From positions 62,001-126,000 of the forward strand of contig JAUCBJ010008798.1 in NCBI GenBank assembly GCA_032718475.1: a stretch of 64,000 nucleotides of DNA. The letters run 5' to 3'. Position numbers and translations under genes: made by a program. Each line of letters begins with the position of its first letter. Within the stretch, counting starts at the first letter, position 1. The notes beneath the pieces are model-generated. The model worked only from the letters and a program-made list of their open reading frames with translations. It did no database searches and was not told where the DNA came from. This stretch comes from Nemertoderma westbladi. Its lineage: Eukaryota; Animalia; Xenacoelomorpha. Below are positions 57,398 through 64,000 of this stretch, one piece after another.

Positions 57398-58812
57398 TCC
57401 TGCCAGGTCCAGCATGTACCATATGTTAATGACCCTGATAAAGAAGAGGTGATGTATGGATATGGAACATGCAGACATGGCAGATGGGTGGGGCATGGCC
57501 TTTGCTTCATAATTTTATATATATATATGGCCAGGTCATGATTGCATTGGATGTCTGGCTGGGATATTAAAATAGTCTGCGAGGATGTTGCACATTGTTG
57601 TAACGGAGGATCAGGTTTAGATCTATACATAAGTTTAAAGCACATTATCAAATTGAACTTTAATTGATGTATACTGCAGTAGGTAGTGGTTCCAAGTTCC
57701 AACTTTAGAGTCTCCAGTCTGCCAGTCGTATAGATCACGTCAACCTTTGCAGCAACATTTGTCTAGAAATGGGCTCCAAGAGTCCAAACTGTGGAAGAAT
57801 GATGGTACAGTATTCCAATTGACAGATAGAGCTAGGGCAGGCGAATAGGCCTATTACAAAAGTCTTCATCAGGCTGTCAGGAGAGGAATGGCTTCATTTG
57901 ATATACAAAGTTTTAAAGAGGACATCAACAACCAGAAAACATATTTTTTTCCGAAGATGTGTGATATGAATGACGAACAGAACAGATGAATGCCAGAATA
58001 TGTAAACTTCCAAATTCTGGAATTGATTCAACATCTACAAGAAATAGTAGGCCTTCCTGAGTCTGTGACTGTGCATCTGTGTGAGCTTGAATCTCACAAC
58101 AGTGAGGATTTGGTCTACTGTTCTTCTTACCAACAGTAAGGCTGTAAGGATAGCGAATTTCTCTAGTCTTCTGCATTTTTCTCACCAATCACTAACGGAG
58201 TTAACAATCATTAAAGTTATTGACTGTATGTTGCTGTGCTGTAAGGTTAAGCCTACCCTGCATACATGTCATGTCACAGGTTACACTGGTCAGCCATTCT
58301 CACCAAGCTCTATCTATAAGCACTAAGCAGCAGTACCGGTACTGTTGCAAATTCTTCCCTGCCTGCCTGCAATTCCCTTCCCTTCCCTTTCCCTTCCTAT
58401 TATTATTATATTATTATATATTATTATTATTATATTATTATTATTATAGTATTATCAGATTATACATTACAATTCATATCCCGTACCTGTGTTATTTTCG
58501 TGTATTGCATAAATAAAATTGTAACCTATGTTATTGAGATATCGTTTATTGTTTTGGTTAGAAAAGCCCACCACTGTAACCTGCCTGCCTGATCCTTTCC
58601 GTTAATGAAGAAATCTAGGGAGAAATCTGGGGAGTGTTCTCAGCCTAGGCTGAGAAGACTGGAGAGTCCTATTTGGCGGGGAGTTATCTCAGCCTGTCAC
58701 ACCGGTCTACTGTAGTACGAGAACTGAATGGACCCCGCTAGTCAGCTAGTGGGGGCTTACTTTTATGTTTAGCTCTGCCTTTTCTGTAGTAGTAGTAGAG
58801 TAGTCCTAGCAC

Positions 58813-61800
58813 GGGTTTGTCTTTTTACCGTATGTGTACGTATTTGGGGGTATTTGAAAGAGTTCCCGTAGCCTACCGCGTTGTCTACCGTATGTGGGAC
58901 GTATTTGCCCGTATTCAGGAAGCAGAATCAGTGGGCTGCTTACCGCTAACGGTACTGTACCTGGCAACCTGGCCTGTTTTAAGTGTTTTTATACTACGTG
59001 TTCTATGCTCCCGGTACAAGGCGACCTTTACTAACGTAGTACTAACTAACGTTAGTAAAGGTCGCCTTGTCCCGGTACCAGGGATTTGGAAATTCTCTGC
59101 GATTTTTTTTTTTTTTTTTTTTCAAGGATATCATTTAATATTATTTTTCATTATTATGAAATAATGGTAATAATTATTATGAAATGATGATAATAATTAT
59201 TATGAAATATAATGATAATAATTAATATGAAATAATTATAATAATTATTATGAAATAATCATAATAATTATTATACTGTTCGATGATGGCTGAAAGTTGA
59301 ATTGCCCCTCCAGTGTAATCAACGAGCAGACGATAAAGGACGATTTAGTTTCTAACACTAAAGGTGCCCGCTATATTGTATGTTCTTTTTAAATACAAAT
59401 ACGACAAATAATGACATTTACTGTAGTTATGTGTTATACTTAAAAATCGCGTGTTGACGTTTCGGTAATTAATAAATAAAATAATTAAACTGATTGTTAT
59501 TGATAAAATAGGAATGTGAATAATATCAAAATAACCGTAGGGGCAATATTCATCATTGTTTTATAAAAAGGTATGATACTGTAGGTATACTTTGCGCATG
59601 TAGGCCTACTGTGCTTTTTAAATAACTACAGTATAGTTAGTACATACGTACATTCAAGTAAATCTAGTATAACACGAAGAGGGGCCTTCGCGCAGCACGT
59701 GATATGAACTTATGTTAAGTGTCAACTCGAAAGAAATATTTGCAAAATGTAAACATGTCCCCTAGTCACAATAACACCTAGAGGCTGGTTGAGTAATTGC
59801 AATCGATTTAAGACTTCACAATAACTCAGTCTGAGGTCTAGAATATATATAAATGTAATAAGAGGTCTAGAATATATGTGAATGTAAAAGTAAAAAAGCA
59901 GGCCTACATTTTCTTCGACTATTAGGCCAGGGATTAGGCACAAAGTCTGGCGACTTATTTCCAGTGCGGTCCCCCAGAACCCAGGCTGCAAATGGAGTGC
60001 ATAAATCGCAACGCGTTGTGCGCGGTTTTGAAATAGTATATATTCAGTTATATAGTAGTATATGAAATATTCCATGCGCGGTATATTATTAGATATTGCG
60101 CGGCTGAAAAATTGTGCGTGGGCGTTGTGCGCGGTTCAGTGGTGGTTTGCCGCCTGGCCCAGAACTATACTCCTCAGAGTAAACTTCAGGACTAATTTAA
60201 GGATGCAAGGCAGAGATGCGCCCTGGCTGTTCCCTTTAAAGCATTTCGTACCGAAACTAAAACTGCCCTGGCCCATGCGTAGATTGTACCCACGACCTAC
60301 TACAGTACTAGAGATGTGAATTCTATGCAATTCGCTCTCTAGCGGAAGACAAGAGAACTATAGACTGGTTAACCCCCTTTGAATGTCACAGCTAATGGTC
60401 TAGTACAGTACCGCTTTCAAATAACGTCGTATTGGATCCTAATAGGATCCTATTAGGATCCAAGTCACTGATTCACTACTATTGGAGTTATGATTTAATT
60501 GGAAATGAAATTTAGCCCAAATTACAGACTTGGAGGCACTTAGGATTTGACTTGGCTTTCATTTGGAATTTACTTGGAAATCGGCGCTTACTTTGATGTC
60601 TGGAAGGTGGACTGACTCAGTCTATGCTTGTGCTGGTCTACTTCTTCTCTATCCTGTCAATCATTAAGTTGTATAGAATGGACTATACTCAGCATAAAGT
60701 TTGCGTAGTGTTCAGTTCATTACATAGAGGTATGGATATCGATGGAAGATTACACTCCTACTGTACCTTGTATTGCCAGCCTCTGACGTAAATAATATTT
60801 AAAATATAAACTCTAATAGATGAAATCCACACACATCCGCACATTAGTTAACGTCCGTGGGCTGGTGGGCTCTGGAATAAATTAAAATCGTATTGAACTT
60901 ACAAATAAATGTAGGATCACACACTGTATTTATTACTATTGAACATATTTAGAGTAATAAAGAGTTTGTGTAATTATTAATAGAATAAATATTAGTTTAT
61001 TTTCATTTATTACAGTAGTTTAATTAATAATTAGACAGGGGCTAAAACTGGGCGACTAAATAAATGTATGTAATATTGAATGCTATATTTGCTACACCCA
61101 CAAAGCACATTACACTCTCCAAGCAGATTCCGTAACATGTCACAATCCGTATCGCTACCACTACGAAAAATAAATGACATAACATCATACAGGAATTAAC
61201 AGACCCTTATGAGTTTAGTGGCGGTTTGTAACAAACTTATCCTCTTGGCATATTGATATTAATATTAATTATAAATTATATTTATTATAACATTGAAATT
61301 GTAAAATCGCCAGATCTAAAAAGTTCGCACAATAATAATAATTAATAAAAGTTTGACGTCCGAATACAATCAGATTACGCTTTAGCAGCCCAACTACTTG
61401 TTGAGGCTCACTCAACGTGTTGGCGGACCTATTTTACACAAGCGGCGTTACCTTTACCGTATGGTAGTTAATGTGTCCAGATGTTGAGTTAAAGCTAGTA
61501 GGTGTACTTTGCATATTTAACATTAGCCTATGGGGAGTATCGTTGTTGTAAGATAGGTCAGGGGAAGGGAAATACAACTCAACCACTAGACAAAGCGGCT
61601 CTCTTTAACACTTTCAGCTATCCCGGGAGGTTGACTGAAACTGAGGGGACTGTTTTACATACGGTCATTTAATTTGGCTTAATTGTAAAGATTAAAAATA
61701 ATACTTTAATTATAACAGAAAGTTTTTATGTTTCAAGAAACTGCTATTCGCGTGTCATTTATCCCCCTGTCATTTAGCTTTAAATCATTTACGTAATGAT

Positions 61801-63631
61801 GTGTCATTTAAACTCATTAACATAATAATAGTTATACGGCATAGCAACTGGTCTGGTCGTCATGCTGTCTGTCATGGCTTTTCAGTAAATTTAATAATAT
61901 TTATATTAAGAACAGTTATTCTTAAAAACTAGTACTATAGGCCCTACTACCATGGAATCATAACAACAACAACAGGTATTGATAACATAAAAGTATTGCA
62001 AAAGGACAGTAGGCAAATTTCAATTCATGTCATTTAAATTAAGGGACGTAAAATTTAAATGTGCTTCCGTTTTTTAAATAGCTTATTTACAAATCGGCTA
62101 TTTCCATTTAGTTAAATGTCGCTTCGTGGAACAATCCCCCACCCCACACCATGGTATATTATTTTATAAACGGCCACATTTTGAAATTGAACTAATTATG
62201 GTACTGGTACATTATTAAATACACTTTTTTGATTTATTGAAAGTAAAAAAAAAACGTTTTTTTGTTAAAAAAAATTAATGTTCTAATTAATTACATTTCA
62301 AAGTAATTTTCATGGTATTAATAATAATATTGAATTAAAATACATAGCCACCCACAGGTTATTTAGTTGTGACTCGGCAAGACAAGCTACGCAATATCCA
62401 ATCACGTTGGTCAGTGTACCCAGAAAAAATTACATAATTCATTATATTACATCAGAGTCAGAGTGCCTATCTTATTTATGCTATCTTTCATTGGTATATA
62501 TTGAACCCTGCTTGACAGGCAAGGCACAGCGACGTCGTCTAATCAAAGCACAGAAACCAAGGCAGGAGCCAGTGGGCGCCCCCCCTGCAGTGGTCAATTG
62601 GGCTCCATTTCATTGCTTTACATTACAGACTATTAAACTGGTTGAGAGATTATATAATATAGGCCTAAGTAATAAGCTGGCTTTCTAAGAACATTGTATG
62701 ATATTATGATGCCTTATCATGGGGGCGGGGGGGGGGGGGGGGGGGGGGTGCCTGAGGGAATTATTGGTAGTGTGGCTGGAGGCCTGGCTACAACACTTTG
62801 ATGGGGTATATGGTCTCCTTTCTACTACTTATTTTCTTTGGCAACCTGCCTGGGATAATGTGGATTGTATCTGGTCTGGGGTCGGGCTCCTTTCCAAAGC
62901 AACTTCAACTTCGAATATTTTCTAATATTCGGTTTATTGCACTTGTCATTATAATTTTTTTAATTTAACGGAACTTGACGATGGCAAAATGCTCTCAGAG
63001 TTAGTGTAAGTTGGAATCTCCACGGTAGGGTCCCGGGACCCTGGGACCCTACCCTCGCTACGCTAGTGATTACACTGGAGGGGCAATTCAACTTTCAGCC
63101 ATCATCGAACAGTATAATAATTATTATGATTATGATTATAATTATTTCATAATAATTATTATCATTATATTTCATAATAATTATTATCATCATTTCATAA
63201 TAATTATTATGATTATTTTATAATAATTATTATCATTATATTTCATAATAATTATTATCATCATTTCATAATAATTATTATCATTATATTTCATAATAAT
63301 TATTATCATCATTTCATAATAATTATTACCATTATTTCATAATAATGATAAATAATATTAAATGATATCCTTGAAAAAAAAAAGAAAATAAAACTCGCAG
63401 AGAATTTCCAAACCCCTGGTACCGGGAGCATAGAACACGTAGTATAAAAACACTTAAAAAAAAACAGGCCAGGTTGCCTTGTCAGGTACAGTACCGTTAG
63501 CGGTAAGCAGTGCACTGATTCTGCTTCCTGAATACGGGCAAATACGTCCCACATACGGTAGACAACGGTAGGCTACGGGAACTCTTTCAAATACCCCCAA
63601 ATACGTACACATACGGCAAAAAGACAAACCC
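58813..63631. mobile_element. Long-TIR non-autonomous element (or two inverted copies of one repeat)
   Basis: ~500-560-bp inverted arms 58813-59321 and 63067-63631 with AT-rich ATAATAATTATTAT subrepeats. No TSD or internal ORF recognised. Confidence 0.65.
59017..59069. mobile_element. 53-bp P-element-like remnant (two joined TIRs)
   Basis: 21-bp TIR CAAGGCGACCTTTACTAACGT; 8-bp TSD TCCCGGTA; the empty site is present in the sister arm near 63420. Confidence 0.8.
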
Positions 63632-63687
63632 CTGAAACTGTACTGTCTGACTGTACTGGTACCTGGGTACGGTACACAACACACACC

Positions 63688-64000
63688 ATGGCAAAACCAC
63701 TTTCCTCTTTCATTGGATTATCCGACGACGATGTCAAGTCATTATGCGTGGAGCCGGATGAATCAACCGTAGAATTCATCATGCAACAGACTATGTACCG
63801 CATAAAAGACCCCCGTAGATCGCTACCCTTCTACACTGAGGTCCTGGGGATGCGTTTGCTGCACAAAGGGGATTTCCCTTCCATGTCTTTCTCCCTGTAC
63901 TTTATGGGCTTTGCGAACCCCGCGGATATTCCTTCGGATAGGAAGAAGCGAATCGTTTGGTTGTGTCAGCAGAAAGGCGTCATCGAGTTGACGCACAATT
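63688..64000 (+). CDS. GLO1: Lactoylglutathione lyase (glyoxalase I), 5' part, runs off the window; absent from the supplied ORF track
   Basis: MAKPLSSFIGLSDDDVKSLCVEPDESTVEFIMQQTMYRIKDPRRSLPFYTEVLGMRLL...FSLYFMGF...IELTHN, collinear with animal GLO1 including the metal-ligand motifs QQTM and ELTHN. Confidence 0.95.
   Translation, partial: MAKPLSSFIGLSDDDVKSLCVEPDESTVEFIMQQTMYRIKDPRRSLPFYTEVLGMRLLHKGDFPSMSFSLYFMGFANPADIPSDRKKRIVWLCQQKGVIELTHN

Overview
AT-rich, repeat-dense animal (probably invertebrate) genomic DNA. It carries three conserved host genes with uninterrupted coding sequence: SIRT6 with a long 9-aa repeat tail, a PICALM/AP180 ANTH-domain gene, and the 5' part of glyoxalase I running off the window end. 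Most of the rest is transposon-derived: a ~19.2-kb BEL/Pao LTR retrotransposon (4082-23252), a very young intact Ty3/Gypsy element (30111-37534) inside a Mutator-like element, and hAT, Sola-like, pogo/mariner-like, foldback, P-like, SINE, RTE and CRE remnants. The standout is the BEL/Pao element, with three unusual traits. (1) It has no tRNA primer-binding site; the 11 nt directly after the 5' LTR are perfectly complementary to an 11-mer inside the LTR, the geometry of Tf1-type self-priming. (2) A 67-nt GT-AG intron candidate would remove the Gag-protease stop codon and join it in frame to RT. (3) A 1342-aa third ORF in the env position has DEDDy 3'-5' exonuclease-like motifs and CCHC knuckles instead of envelope features. 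All calls come from reading the sequence by eye; no searches were run.
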